Shown: piece by piece, positions 1 through 13,558 of the stretch
Layout of the letters: the number at the start of each line of letters is the position of its first letter
Position numbering within the stretch: the stretch's first letter is position 1
NCBI RefSeq assembly: GCF_030028105.1
Contig: NC_092384.1
Coordinates: 3,763,665-3,827,664 of the forward strand
DNA from: Mobula birostris
Taxonomy: Eukaryota
Length of the DNA: 64,000 nucleotides
Direction of reading: 5' to 3'
Position numbers and translations under genes: made by a program
Notes under the pieces: generated by a model
Seen by the model: the letters and a program-made list of their open reading frames with translations, nothing else
The model's database searches: none
Told to the model about the DNA's origin: nothing

Positions 1-1165
1 TTCCAGCATGGTTCAATATGCTGACTTCCACAATCATGCGCTCTCAGTCCTCTCCGTCCATCAATCATTTCTTTTTTATTCGTTGACCTGTTGTAATGTT
101 ATTTATTCCGGAATTATCCTTTTACTGCAACTTCTGGAGCCATGCAGAGCCTCTGATGAATTTCGTCCACAGAGCATCTAGGTATGCAGACTCGGGGTGT
201 AGACCAGACAGCCGGGTAGGATCGGTGAATTATTCCCCAGTAAGGATGGAGTTGCGATTTGCAGTGTGTGGATACCTGTATATTTTCTTGAATTGGAAGC
301 CTTTGCTCTACATAGGTTAGGGTTGTAGTGATGACGAAATATCACGGAATATTTTGAGATCTCGTCAAAACACAATCTTCCAGGCCTCTATCAAAGTTTC
401 CCGCAACCTTTGTTTCAAACAATGCAATCACATGGTTATGCTCAGGCGACGCAGAACTTGCAGCGGGTTCAGGGAATTAGAACATAGGGGTAGAACGTTG
501 TGCGTTAAATAAGTAGTAATTTACTCTGACACAACCAAAGAGAGGGGTCGAGTGTTTCGTCACTGGTGAGGGGTTGCAAGGGTTTGGTAGTCACTGAGTT
601 CTGTTCTTGTCTGTGAATGTTACACCTGAACCCCGTCCGGTGAGGAAAATCGCGTACTGTCAGAGAGCAGCAAAATGAATGACGGAAGAAACAGTTTATT
701 AAGGAAATAATGGAAAACCAAACAATAATAATTACAACACCTTATATTCCAAGGCATTATTGAAGGAATGACATTAAATGTCGCTAAATAACTTACCCCA
801 GAACAAGCTCACTACGCTGTGCTTGGATCTTTCATTTTTTTGATCTAGTATTTTACTCTTATTATGGGCAACTGACAACTGGAAGTTTACTTTGAAATGA
901 TTCCCGTCTGAACGAGGTCAGGACAATGACAAATTGCAATCACTTCTTTCTTGTAGTTGCTGAATATGACCTTGCTCTACGAACGCTTGTGCTTCTTCTT
1001 AATTCGGATATTTTTCTTCTTCATAACTAGATCCTGATAAACTCTGCCACGGACGGGCTCTAGAATGCCTGCGAAAGAAGGAGAGTTGAGCATAGGGCTA
1101 GCAAATCCACCCCGTACAAACGCAGAGTTACAGAAATATCGCCAGAGGCCCCAGAGACCATACTG

Positions 1166-1457
1166 CCGCGATAGCGTAGTGCTAGCGTGCTGCGATTTAG
1201 CTTGGGGCGTGCAAGAGTTCGGAGTTAGGTTTCAGTGCCGTCTCTAAGGAGTTTTCTATGTTCTCCGCATGTAAAACGTATGTTTTCCCCAAGTTCTTCG
1301 GTTTCTTCCCACAATCCAACGATGTTCCTGGTACATTAGTTGGTCATTGGAAATGGTCCTTGATTAGTTTAGGGTAAATCAGATTTGACGGGGGCCACTG
1401 AGGCTGACTCGAAGGGTCGGAATGAGATACTTCGTGCCGTATCGCTAATATATAAAT
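1166..1457 (+). mobile_element. Decayed V-SINE/HE1-like SINE (paralog at about 43470-43762)
   Basis: ttcttcggtttcttcccacaatccaacgatgt resembles the V-domain core; tRNA-like head is degenerate. Confidence 0.5.
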
Positions 1458-1869
1458 CCCTTGGATCGGAGAGATCTTCGCTAAGAAGATGTATGATGGG
1501 ATACACCTGGTGAGAATTTGAAGGCCTGCCCCAAGACAGCGGACTTTAGCGATCTGAAAAAGAAAAGGAAAATCTTGCATATTGACAGACAGGAGAGAAC
1601 TTCAGGAAGCATTTTAACCGCTGCAATTGTAAGATTATTAAAATGTACGAAAATAGTTTGAATATTTTCACAGGAGTCGTAGATTTATACAACCTAGACG
1701 TACAATACTCAACCCAAATCTGACATGCCGAACAAACCCCAATATCCCTGACCACATTTTTTTTCAATTCGTTCGCACGTCTGAATGTTTTGTTTATGGC
1801 ATTTTCATTTTATCACGCTTCTTCAGCTTCCTTGTGCATGCCTTTACATGTACCTACTACCAAGTGAGC

Positions 1870-2330
1870 AGAAAAAGGTACCTTTTAAGTTCAATTTAAA
1901 CCTACGCCCATTCATTTTAAGTCCATCCCTCCAGTTGCAGGCACAGAGAATCTGGGAAGAAGACGCTGATTATCCACGTTATCTAGGCCCTTATAACTTC
2001 ATAAGCATCTATAATATCACTCTTCGACCTCCTTCTCTGCAGACAAAGAGTCGTAGATTCTTCATGTAAATGAAACCTTCCAGACCCAGTGCTGCACGCA
2101 TTCGTACCAGATTAAAGACATCTATGCAGTGGCTAGGCTAAGAGAACCACGGACAATATCTCAAGTATGTTCTCACCAACGATTTGTGCAATTTCTGACG
2201 TCCCAATTGCTGACCAGCGCAGGCAGGAATGTCAAATCGACTTCTTCGCCACATTACCCATCTGTGTCACTACTTTAAGGGATTAGCTACTTACGGAACC
2301 AGGGTTCTCTTTATGTCAACCCTCTCTGTG
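1870..2330 (-). mobile_element. Old CR1-type LINE 3' relic (paralog at about 44520-44990)
   Basis: Degenerate match to the CR1 RT C-terminus and 3' UTR seen in younger copies in this window. Confidence 0.5.
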
Positions 2331-4028
2331 GAACTCCCAATTACTATTTAAGCCTTGGTCTAGTTTTATGTAGAAAATAGAGCACATCGCATTGTTAAAT
2401 ATGTCCCGATGGTTTTCGTATTGCAAACAGGTTTGTTCCGGGTAGACATGTTGGAATAAGCAGTGTTAATGCGACAAAGATTAGAACATCGTTGGATAAC
2501 CAATCGCATGTGTGGTGAATTCTGAGATATTTAATTGTTGTCCTTATAGGAATCTGATTAGTTGGAATGTCAATGCCTGTCGATTATACAGAATGATGTT
2601 GTGCCGAACTAATTTCAGCAAAGTTCCATATCCTCTCCATATATACTGATTGCCACCTCCAGTCCATTCAGATTGGTATCTTTAATCCTTTCTCTCTAAA
2701 TACTAACGTATTATTCAGCGAGTTACAGAACAGTTGATACAACACTTTTTCCTGATTTAACTGATAAACTCATCTGTTTTTCTCACTAAACCTAGTGTAG
2801 GATTTACACTCTCCTACAAGAAGGAGATTTGTTCTAACAGCTACTTGGGTTTTTCTGTTGCTGCTGAATCACATTCTCAATTGAACGTTCTTTCCTTAAA
2901 TCGTTTTGATAGTAACACAATCAATGGTATTATGAATTACTCACTGCATCATTTTGCATCACTGTGTCATTAATCAAAATAACGCACGTCCTTCTGCATT
3001 GTAAAATTTTGGCCGTTAATCATACTAGATTATGTAGACCACCTTGAGTGCAAAACCTCCTTCCCTTAAGTTTCCAAAAATAGTTAACCTGCGTTTTGTT
3101 ATCAACTCTTTCCACTTCGTTTTGACTCAGTCGCGCCCACCTGATCGGTTCTGTGGAACCAATACCAATCCGAAATGTGGAACTGGTATCTGCAGTGAAG
3201 GTCGTAAATCCAAGATTCAAGATTGCTTAGTGCAATTTCCTATACCCAATTATAAAGAAGAATGAACTAATCATTACGCAGGATCCGATACAATGCAAAT
3301 AAACACTTGATAATAGCACAATTACAATAAAATACGTTAGCTAAGAGAAGTTTGCTCTACTATCATTTTTTTTTTATATATGTAACACGCTGTAAGGTTA
3401 TTAACGTGACTCAAATTGTATATATTTTCAATCGGTATGGAAAGTCGATGAAAGATATAATGGGATTCAAGCTGAATTCAGCATTTGCAGAAATAATTCA
3501 TTTGTTTGTGCAATAATAGGTAGTGGGGTTCTGTTGTTTTGACGTATAACAATTACGACAAGTAGAATATATGAAGAATTACGAAGACCTAAGCCGAAAT
3601 GTTTTACAGCACAACACATTATAGAACGTGCAGAACGTTCTCACAATGTAAATCCAATAATTTATAAAATGTGAATTTGAGATTAGACAAACTAATCTTA
3701 TTGTAGCTTTTTGCATGTGGAATAAAGAGAAATAAGTAGTGGTCACGGAGTCATTGGGTAACGAAGTAAGCTTTTATGTAATTTATCCGTGATACCTTCA
3801 CCTGAAACTTCAGTGTTCTATTCAATGAAAAAATATAAACTAAGGCGAATGTATATCGCCACATAGAACGTCATGCTAAAATACGTAAACTGCTTGACTT
3901 GGGGTGAATGTTGTCAAGTTAAATTCAAATTAACACCCCAGCTTGTGAAAAATACTTTTCTGTCAGCGATTATTTTCTCTGATAAATGCGCGTTTAGAGA
4001 TTGTAACTCTTTTTTTAATCATTTGCAG

Positions 4029-4307
4029 TTCCGCCGGCGCCGTTGAAAATCACCGAAAAGAACGCTCCTACCGTGACTCTGACGTGCGCAACTGCTGCTT
4101 TTTTCCCGAAGGACTATGAGCTCAGATGGTATAAAAATGAAATCGAAATCACTTCTGGAATACATACCACACAAATACAGAACAAGGAGGGATTATATCT
4201 CGTTTCAAGCTTCCTCAATGTAATAGAAAGCTGGTCTGTTTATACTTGCCAGGTGTTTCATGAATCTATGAAGGCGCCAGCCTCCAAGTCATATACAATC
4301 CGAATGG
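4029..4307 (+). CDS. Gene A (paralog) C1-set exon
   Basis: VPPAPLKITEKNAPTVTLTCATAAFFPKDYELRW...YTCQVFHESM; 279 nt, splice sites intact, 248/279 nt identical to 46720-46998 by hand count. Confidence 0.9.
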
Positions 4308-5503
4308 GTAAGATTCTTATATTCTCAACCACATGTTTTATGTCTGACATATATCAATTCCTCAGAAACGGAGAGGGAGGGAACATATTCAAAGGGGAAA
4401 AGGGAAATGTAGGGCCATGACTATACAAAGAGCATCATATTATACTGCTGCTGTTTCCTGCTTCATGGAATAATATGCAAAAAAAAAATGGCGTAAATCC
4501 TATACTTTTGCAGATCAAGTCTTTTAAATGCCTGTTATCGGCAATACAGACATGCTTTTTTTTTAAATGTTATTTTCTCTGATCTCCACTTTGCACAATC
4601 AGATTCACTGAATTATATGATCACTGAATTAAATGACCTGAAATGTGTTTTTGTTTGGCAGCAGTACAACGCAGTCATCGACCTACTATAAGTTACATAC
4701 ATAAATCAGTAGTGCAAAAATGTACGCTTAAGGAAAGAAAATGTTTCATAATCGGTGTGGGTCTTCAGTCATCTCCTCCACGACGGAGCAAAGTGAAAAA
4801 TGCATGCACTTCGAACTTCATCTCTAACAGAAATAGACTTTCCTGGATCCTCTCTAACGTGTCACAATCTTACTGTAATTGAGCACAATATCGCAATATC
4901 ACAGACCATAGTTTAATGAAAATGCAGCATTAGGGTTCGCTTCACTTCTTTTAGATTCCATATTTCTACCGACGAATGGCATAAGCCTTATTATCAAATT
5001 CGCAACTTAACCTGACATGTTATTATGAATAAATGTAAGCACTTTCTCTCTTCACCTGGTTTAAAACAACATGTTGATATCCCCAGGTCTGAATACCAAT
5101 CTGCTACACCTCATGTTAGCCTGCCTGTTCATTATATCAGCGCTCGGATCTGCTAAGTTTTGCCGGCACAATTCACAACACTACCTAGAAATTCTGTTTT
5201 GCGCTATCATATTCTTTGACCTGAGATCGCTTGCGTATATTTTCTAGCCCTCACTTCAATCCATGCCTTATTCAACAGCAGATAATTATTGATGAAAGTA
5301 AGCGGAATTAAATGTTGATATTATTACTTATTAATGTCCTACGTATAATACACGTTTTATTTCAATTTGTGATTTATTACTAAGGCAATGAGGTCAAGAT
5401 GTGAGAGAAAATATGAATCGGTTTCTTTACGTCCGTGGTGCTCATGATTCATTTGTTTAATCTCAGTAAAATGCTAATGTTTGACTTCTATTGCACACCT
5501 CAG

Positions 5504-5614
5504 ACAGCAGAGACAAGTTCATCTTAATCCTGACGGGTGCGCTTGCACCATGTGGAGTCATTATCCTAGCGCTGTTGTTACTTATCAGGCGCTGCAGAGT
5601 AGACAGGACTAAAG
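5504..5614 (+). CDS. Gene A transmembrane exon
   Basis: DSRDKFILILTGALAPCGVIILALLLLIRRCRVDRTK; 111 nt, phase 1-1. Confidence 0.88.
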
Positions 5615-6114
5615 GTAAGACGTTACATTTGCTTGACCCATATTTAGTTTCACTAGCATATTGCAGTTGAAATGGCTTTGAGAAGGGTAAATCATCCATG
5701 ATGAAAAATAGGTTTAGGTAGATGTGCTTGAGAGTCTATCTAACAGCTGAGTGTTGTGTTCAGAACAAGATTTAAAACGCAGTTTACTTAGTTTACTTTA
5801 CTTTACTTTACTTTAGTTTTTTGAAACAACTAAAAACGGTATTGTTAACTCTGCAAGAAGTGTAGCAAATTTAGAGTGTTTGTTGCCACAGGACAACATA
5901 TGCAACCACAGAGACTGAATAATTTTAGGCAATACACTAAGACAATTTTTATCACCAGTAACATCATCATTGGGTGGCTTGATAAAATGACAAGAATGGC
6001 ATCAGATCACTGACCTATTTCGAACGGATCTGGTTGCTGCTGGAATATTCAATAACATTCGGTGCGCCTGTTCAAATGCTGAGGATGAAATTGGTCACTT
6101 TTTATTTCCTCTAG

Positions 6115-6161
6115 TAGCAGCGGAAAATGATGAGAATTTAAGTCGACAGCTGAAAAATCAG
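6115..6161 (+). CDS. Gene A first cytoplasmic exon
   Basis: VAAENDENLSRQLKNQ; 47 nt, homologous to 48778-48824. Confidence 0.8.
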
Positions 6162-6269
6162 GTAAGATTAATATTATTATGACATATATAGGGGTTTACA
6201 AATTTTGTACATACACCCTATATCAGTAGCACATAATTAGAGCAAAGAATGACTGTCACTTTGTATGTA

Positions 6270-6810
6270 ACACCTTATGTTCTAGGATCGCATGGTTCAT
6301 TTTTGTTTTGTATCTATGGCTTATGTAGTGCAGCATCTTCAGCGATATATTTATTCAGAGGAGGTTCACAATGACGATTCCAGGAATGAAAGCTGTATCA
6401 CACGAGGAAATTTTGATGTCTCTGGGTCTGCACGTAAAGGCCCAGACAAAGTAGATTTGGAAAGGATGTTTCCCGTGGTCGGAGAGTCTCGGACAAGACA
6501 GAAAAGCCTCAGCATAGACGGGCGCCCATAAAGACCGAGAGGTGGAGACTTTTCTTTAGCCGAAAGTCGTGAATTTGTGGATTTTTTTTTTTTTTGCCAC
6601 ATATCGCTGTGGAGGCAATTCATTAGGTGTATTTAAGGCAGAGATGGACAGGCACTTGATTGAACACGGCATCAAAGGTTATGGAAGAAGGCCGGGACCT
6701 GGAGTTTAGGAGAAGAAAATAAAGTATTAGGCATGGTTGAATGGCAGAGCAAACTCGAATGGCCAGATGGATTAATTCTGCTCCTATGTCTGATGGTCTT
6801 CTAGTCTTAG
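6270..6810 (+). mobile_element. Old CR1 3' fragment (paralog at about 48940-49525)
   Basis: Remnant ...MFPVVGESRTRQKSLSIDGRP and typical CR1 3' UTR. Confidence 0.7.
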
Positions 6811-7062
6811 TCAGGAACTCCTTATGTTCTCCAAGACACTGCAATTTATAATTTTACCTAATCATTTTACTTGAGGCGCATAATTTTCTATTTGGGCATT
6901 CGTACTGACAAAATAATGTTTTGGACAGTGGATGGTGCTGATATTTGAGAGATTATGTTGTCGACGTCGTCAGACCCCACGACATGGGAGTCATCTTTAG
7001 AACGTGCCGACATCATAATCTGTCAGAATTCAGCCCTAGACGCTCTTCTATTTATTTCGTTA

Positions 7063-7075
7063 ACACACACACACA

Positions 7076-7114
<39 letters not shown>
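7063..7114 (+). repeat. (CA)n microsatellite; counterparts at 49830-49884 and 51208-51240
   Basis: Direct inspection. Confidence 0.95.
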
Positions 7115-7118
<4 letters not shown>

Positions 7119-7943
7119 ACTTGGAAAGTGTATGGTTATGCACATTGACAGAGGAAATAAACGGACAGACTATTATTTAAATGGGAAGAAAATTCAATGT
7201 TCTGAGATGGAACGGGACTTGGGAGTCCTCGTGTAGGCTACCCTTAAGGTTAAACTCCAGGTTGAGTAGGTGGTGAAGAAGGCGAATGCAATGTTGGCAT
7301 TTATTTGTAGAGGAATAGATTATAGGAGCAGGGATGTGATGTTGAGGCTCTATAAGGCGCTGGTGAGACCTCGCTTGGAGTACTGTGGGCAGCTTTGGTC
7401 TCCTTATTTAAGAAATGATGTGCTGACGTTGGAGAGGGTACAGAGAAGATTCACTAGAATGATTCCGGGAATGAGAGGGTTAACATATGAGGAACGTTTG
7501 TCCGCTCTTGGACTGTATTCTTTGGAGTTTAGAAGAATGACGGGGACCTCATAGAAGCACTCCAACTGTTGAAAGGCATGGACAGACTGGATGTGGCAAA
7601 GTTGTTTCCCATGATGGGGGAGTCTAGAACGAGACGGCATGAATTAAGGATTGAAGGGCGCCCATTAAGAACAGAAATGCGAAGGTTTGTTTTTTTATTT
7701 AGGCAGAGGGTGGTGAATGTATGGAATTTCTTGCCACGGGCGGCAGTGGAGACCAAGTCATTGGGTGTATTTAAGGCAGAGGTTGATACGTATCTGAGTA
7801 GTCAAGGCATCAAAGTTTATGGTGAGAAGGCGGGAGAATGGGACTAAATGGGAGAATGGATCAGTTCATGATAAAATAGCGGAGCAGACTCGATGGGCCA
7901 AATGGACGACTTCTGCTCTTTTGTCTTATGGTCTTTTGGTCTT
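7115..7943 (+). mobile_element. 5'-truncated CR1 LINE, present in copy A only
   Basis: ORF 7270-7554 LVRPRLEYCGQLWSP...ERVQRRFTR; absent after the (CA)n of copy B. Confidence 0.88.
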
Positions 7944-8077
7944 TATCTTTGAGACATTTTTACGCCAACATCTTATCGATGCAATTACAAAGAAAACATG
8001 GCAGAGGCTATACTTGATTTGGAGTTTGAAGAGATTCGGCATGTTATCGAAGACACTAGCAAGTCTGTACAGATATA

Positions 8078-9912
8078 CAGTGCCATGCAAAAGTTTCGGC
8101 ACCCCGGTCAAATTTTCTATTACTGTGCATAGCTAAGCGAGTTAACTATGACACATTTATTTAAAATTTAAACAGGATTACTTTTCATTTCCATCGTTTA
8201 CAGTTTGAAAACAACAAAAAAGGAAAAGGGCCCGAAGTAATGTTTGAGCACCCTGCATGGTAAGTACATAGAAACACCTCCTTTGGCAAGTGTCACAGCT
8301 TGTAATCGCTTTTTGTAGCCAGCTAAGAGTCCTTCCGTTCTTGTTTGGGGGATTTTCGCCAATCCTCCATGCAAAAGGCTTGTAGTTCTGTGAGATTCTT
8401 AGGCAATGGTGCACACGCTGCTCCTTTGAGGTCTATCCACAGATTTTTGATGATATTTAGGTGGGGGAACTGTTAGGGCTATGGCAAAACTTTCAGCTTG
8501 CGCCTCTTGAGGTAGTCCGTTGTGGATTTTCAAGTATGTTTAAGATCATTATCCTGTTGTAGAAAACATCCTCTTTTCATCTTCACCTTTTTTACAGACG
8601 GTGTGATGTTTGCTTCCATTATTTGCTGGTAATTAACTGAATTCATTCTTCACTCTATTCGTGAAACCCTTCCCGTGCCCCCGGCTGCAAAACAAGCTCA
8701 AAGCATGATCGAACCACCCCCGTGCTTAACAATTGGTGAGGTGTTCTTTTCATGAAATTCTGCACCCTTTATTCTCCAAGCATACCTTTGCTTATTGCGG
8801 CAATAAAGTTATATTTTAACTTAATCAGTCCACAGGTCTTGTTTTCAAAATGCATCAGGCTTGTTTAGATGTTACTTTGCACACGTGTGACGCTGACGTT
8901 TGTGGTGAGGATGATGGAAGGGTTTTGGAGAACAAAGGGTGTAGAATTAGATGAAAAGTACCCCTCTCCAACTGTTAAGCACGGGGAGTGGACTAATCAT
9001 GTTTTGGGCTTCTGTTACAGCCAGTGACACGGGGAACATTTCACTGGTAGAGGGAAGAATGAATTCAATTAATACCAGCAAATTCTGGAAGCAAACATCC
9101 CACCGTCTGTAAAAAAGCTGAGGATAAAAAGAGGATGGCTTCTACAACAGGATAATGATACAGGGACTAAGGATCGATTAAGAGGAATCGATCTGTGATT
9201 ATTAGTGCCTGAAATAGCGACCCTGTGGAGTCTGCCAGTGTGTCCAACCCTTTCCAGGGTTGGTAGATTATCACTTGAAGACGGCGCTCTTAAGTTGGTC
9301 ACGTTTGGCCAACTTGGAAGTTTGGGAGGACATCGAAGAGGATGGACGACACCTGTCTACTTGGATTACGAGTCTCTCTCTCTCTCTCTCTCTCTTCAAT
9401 CGCGTGGACAGAACTGAATATCCTTACCACACTATCGTACGACTGTATCAATTACCATTGAAGTTTGAAGAAGTTTGTGTTTTGTATTTAAACACCTATA
9501 AATGAATAAACTCTGCTAACCTGTTTGAATTTCTGGTTTTATGTTACTCTATTACGTAATTACTAATAAAATAGTGTTAGTTAACAGCAAAACCACACTC
9601 CAGGTGTCTTCCATTTTACTGGTTCTTTTAAGCACGTTACGGGCTATGTAACAGTGGATAGACCTCAAAAGAGCAGTGGATGCAAGATGGCCCAAGAATC
9701 CCACATAACTAGAAGTCTTTCGCACAGAAGAATGGGCGAAAATTCCCCAAACAAGAATGGAAAGACTTTTAGCTATCTGCAAAAAGCGTTTACAGGCTGT
9801 GATACTTGCCAAAGGGTGTGATACTAAGTACTGACCAAGCAGGGTGGCCAAACTTCTGTTTCGGGCTTTTTTGTTATTTTGAAACTGTAAAAGTTGGATA
9901 TAAAAAAGTAAT
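8078..9912. mobile_element. Fold-back Tc1/mariner: 3' half inverted then 3' half forward. Interrupted by an LTR fragment 9195-9653; last about 120 bp displaced to 12548-12666 by CR1.
   Basis: TA+CAGTGCCATGCAAAAGTTT terminus at 8076; 8600-8760 is the reverse complement of 8960-9110. Confidence 0.8.
9195..9653 (+). mobile_element. LTR-like fragment
   Basis: Ends ...gggctatgtaaca, contains (CT)n and AATAAA, interrupts Tc1. Confidence 0.5.
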
Positions 9913-12547
9913 ACTGTTACAGCTACGGAAAGGGTGGGTAATGAATCAGGATCCTGTTTTGAGTCAGTATGAGTGGAAGTCAGGAACAGGACGGGAGCAG
10001 TTACTCAATTGGGGGTATTCTATAGACCTCCTGGTAGCAGCAGAGACACAGAGGATCAGATTGGCTGGCAGATTCTGGAAAAGTGCAAATTTAACAGTGT
10101 TGTTGCCATGGGTGACTTTAACTTCCGTAATATTGATTGGCACCTGATTAGTTTCAATGGTTTAGATGGGGCAGAGTTTGTTAAGTGTGTCCAGGACGGA
10201 TTGTTGTCACAGTATGTGGACACGACGACCAGGGGGAATGCCATACTAGATCTCGTACTAGGTAATAGACCGGGTCAGGTCACAGAACTCTCAGTGGATG
10301 AACATCTGGGGGACAGTGACCACCGCTCCCTGGCCTTTAGCATTATCATAGAAAAGGATAGAATCAGAGAGGACAGAAAAAAAAATAATTGGGTTAGGGC
10401 AAATTATGAGGCTATAAGGCTAGAACTTGCGGGTGTGAATTGGGATGATGTTTTTGCAGAGAAATTTAGTATGGACATGTGGTCAATGTCCAGGGATCTC
10501 TTGCAGGATGTTAGGGATAAATTTGTCCCGGTGAGGAAGATAAAAAATGGTAGGGTGAAGGAATCATGGGTGACAAGTGAGGTGGAAAATCTAGTCAGGT
10601 GGAAGACGGCAGCATACATGAGGTTCAGGAAGCAGGGATCAGATGAGTCTATTGAAGAATATAGGGAAGCAACAAAGGAGCTTAGGAAGGAGCTGAGAAG
10701 AGCAAGAAGGGGGCATGAGAAGACCTTGGCGAGTAGGGTAATGGAAAACCCCAAGGCATTCTTCAATTATGTGAAGAACAGAAGGACGACAGGAGTGAAG
10801 GTAGGACCGATTAGAGATAAAGGTGCGAAGATGTGCCTGGAAGCTGTGGAAGTGAGCGAGGTCCTCATGAATGCTTTTCTTCAGTACTCACCAATGAGAG
10901 GGAACTTGATGATGGGGAGGACAATATGAGTGAGGTTGATGCTCTTTAGCATGGTGATATTAAGGGAGAAGATGTGCTGGAGTTGTTAAAATACATTAGA
11001 ACTGATTAGTCCCCGGGGCCTGACGGAATATTCCCCAGCCTGCTCCACGCAGCGAGATGGGAGATTACTGAGCATCTGGCTAGGATCTTTATGTTCTTAT
11101 TGTCCACGGGAATGGTACCAGAGCATTGGAGGGAGGCGAATGTTGTCTCCTTGCTCAAAAAAGTTAATAGTGATAGTCCGGGTAATTATAGACCAGTCAG
11201 CCTTGCGTCTGTTGTGGGAAAGCTGTTGGAAAAGATTCTTCGAGATATGATCGATGGGCATTTAGAGAATCATGGTCTGATCAGGGACAGTCAACATGGC
11301 GTTGTGCAGGACAGATCGTGTCTAACAAACTTGATAGTGTTCTTTGAGGAGGTGACCAGGCATATTGATGAAGGTAGTGCAGTGGATGTGATCTATATGG
11401 ATTTTCGTAAGGCGTTTGACAATGTACCCCACGGTAGGCTTATTCAGAAAGTCAGAAGGCATGGGATCCAGGGAAGTTTGGCCAGGTGGATTCAGAATTT
11501 GCTTGCCTGCAGAGGGTAGTGGGTCGTGGTAGAGGGAGTACATTCAGATTGGAGGGTTGTGACTAGTGGTGTCGCACAAGGATCTGTTCTGGGACCTCTA
11601 CTGTTCGTGATTTTTAATAACGACCTGGAATTGGGGGTGGAAGGGTGGGTTGGCAAGTTTGCAGACGACACAAAGTTTGGTGGTGTTGTAGATAGTGTAG
11701 AGTATTGTCAAAGAATGCAGAGACATTTATAGGATGCAGAAGTGGGCTTAGAAGTGACAGATGGAATTCAACCCATAGTAGTGTGAGGTGGTACACTTTG
11801 GAAAGACAAACTCAAAGGCAGAGTACAAAGTAAATGGCAGGATGCTTGGTAATGTGGGAGAGTATAGGGATCTGATGGTACAAGTCCACAGATCCCTGCA
11901 AATTGCCTCACATGTGGAGATGGTAGTTAAGAAAGGTTATGAGGTGTTAGCTTTCATAAGTCGAGGGATAGAGTTTAAGAGTCGCGATGTAATGATGCAG
12001 CTCTATAAAATTCTGGTTAGGCCACACTTGGAGTACTGTTTCCAGTTCTGGTCACCTCACTATAGGAAGGATGTGGAAATATTGGAAAGGGTACAGAGGA
12101 TATTTACCAGGATGCTGCCTGTTTTAGAGAGTATGCATTATGATCAGAGATTGAGGGAGCTAGGACTTTACTCTTTGGAGAGAAGGAGGATGAGAGGCGA
12201 TACGATAGAGGTGTACAAGATAATAAGACGAATAGATAGAGTGGATAGTCAGCGCCTCTTCCCCAAGGCACCACTTCTCAATACAAGACGACATGGCTTT
12301 AAGGTAAGGGGTGAGAAGTTCAAGGGGGATATTAGAGAAAGTTTTTCTTTTATTCAGAGAGTTGTTGTTGCATGGAATGCACTGCCTCAGTCAGTGGTGG
12401 GGGCAGATACGCTAGTGAAGTTTAAGAGACTACTAGACAGGTATATGGAGGAATTTAAGGTGGGGGGTTATATTGGACGCAGGGTTTGAGGGTCGGCACA
12501 ACATTGTGGGCCGAAGTGTCTGTACTATTCTATGTTCTATGTTCTAT
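9913..12547 (+). mobile_element. CR1 LINE (APE plus RT, frameshifted), copy A only
   Basis: ORFs 9973-10929 (YRPP, GDFN), 11091-11519, 11526-11732 (FADD), 11788-12489; (TTCTATG)n tail; gtaat on both flanks. Confidence 0.92.
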
Positions 12548-12666
12548 GTAATCTTGCTTACAATATTAAAGACATATGTCATCTTTAATTCTATTCCTTT
12601 TTGGAAATCAGGTAATCTATTTCTCGCTCAGCTATTCACATAACAGAAATTTTGACCGGCGTGCAC

Positions 12667-13558
12667 TCGCTGTTAGGGCTATGGCTTGTTCACAATCATC
12701 GTTAGCAAACGCCAGATGATGCAAATGTCAAAGCTTTATAAATACCCTGAGTACTAAATCCTTGTCCCAACAAAAGCAGCCATGGGCTCCTCTAAGCAGC
12801 GACTAAGCACTCTGAAAATTAAAATAATTGATGCCCACAAAGCAGGAGAAGGCCGTTTCCTCAGTTCCTAAAGTAATTAAGAAATAACGGTTAACAGGAA
12901 CGGTGGAGGTCAAGTTGAGGTCTGGAAGACCAAGAAAACTTCCCGAGAGAACTGCTCGTAGGATTGCTAGAAAAGCAAATTAACACTTCCGTTTGACTTC
13001 AGAAGACCTATAGGAAGATTTAGCACATTCTGGAGCGGTGGTGCACTGTTCTACTGTGCAGCGATATCTGCACAAATTATAACGTTCATAGGGAGTCATC
13101 AGAAGAAAATGTTTCCTGCGTCCTTACCATAAACGTCAGCATCAGACGTTTGCAAAGTAACATCTAAACTAGCCTGATACATTTTCAAAACAAGCCCTGT
13201 GGACTGATGAAGTTAAAATAGAACTTTTTGGTCGAAATAAGCAAAGGTATGTTTGGAGTAAAAAAAAAAGGGCGAGGAATTTCCTGAAAGAAACATCTCT
13301 CCAACTGTTAAGCACGGGGGTGGATTGCACATGATTTGAGCTCGTTTTGCAGCCAGCGGCACGGAGACCATTACACTGGTAGAGGGAGGAATGAATTCAA
13401 TTACATGCCAGCAAATTGCGGAAGCAAACATCACACAGTCTGTAAAAAAAAGCTGAAGATGGAAAGAGGATGACTTCTACAACAGGATAATGATCCTGAA
13501 CACACTTGAAAGTCCAAAATGGACTGCCTCAAGAGGCGCGAGCTGAAGATCTCGTCAT
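12667..13558 (+). mobile_element. Tc1 transposase pseudogene fragment
   Basis: Colinear with 51520-52410 (GRPRKL region); ends abruptly at CR1. Confidence 0.82.

Larger units (their letters stand above)
1..13558 (+). repeat. Tandem segmental duplication, copy A
   Basis: Colinear with about 42788-52410; exon offsets 42691, 42683 and 42663; shares intronic SINE, CR1 relics, (CA)n and Tc1. Confidence 0.92.

Noticed and set aside
3020-3265. Similar ORFs at 3020-3220 and 45705-45929 (FRIGIGSTEPIRWARL) with tandem CCAAT boxes
   Set aside because: Similarity is explained by the segmental duplication; the copies differ by an indel that shifts the frame, and no splice sites were found
6945-7236. Poly-(TH) ORFs (also 49688-49960)
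   Set aside because: (CA)n microsatellite read-through
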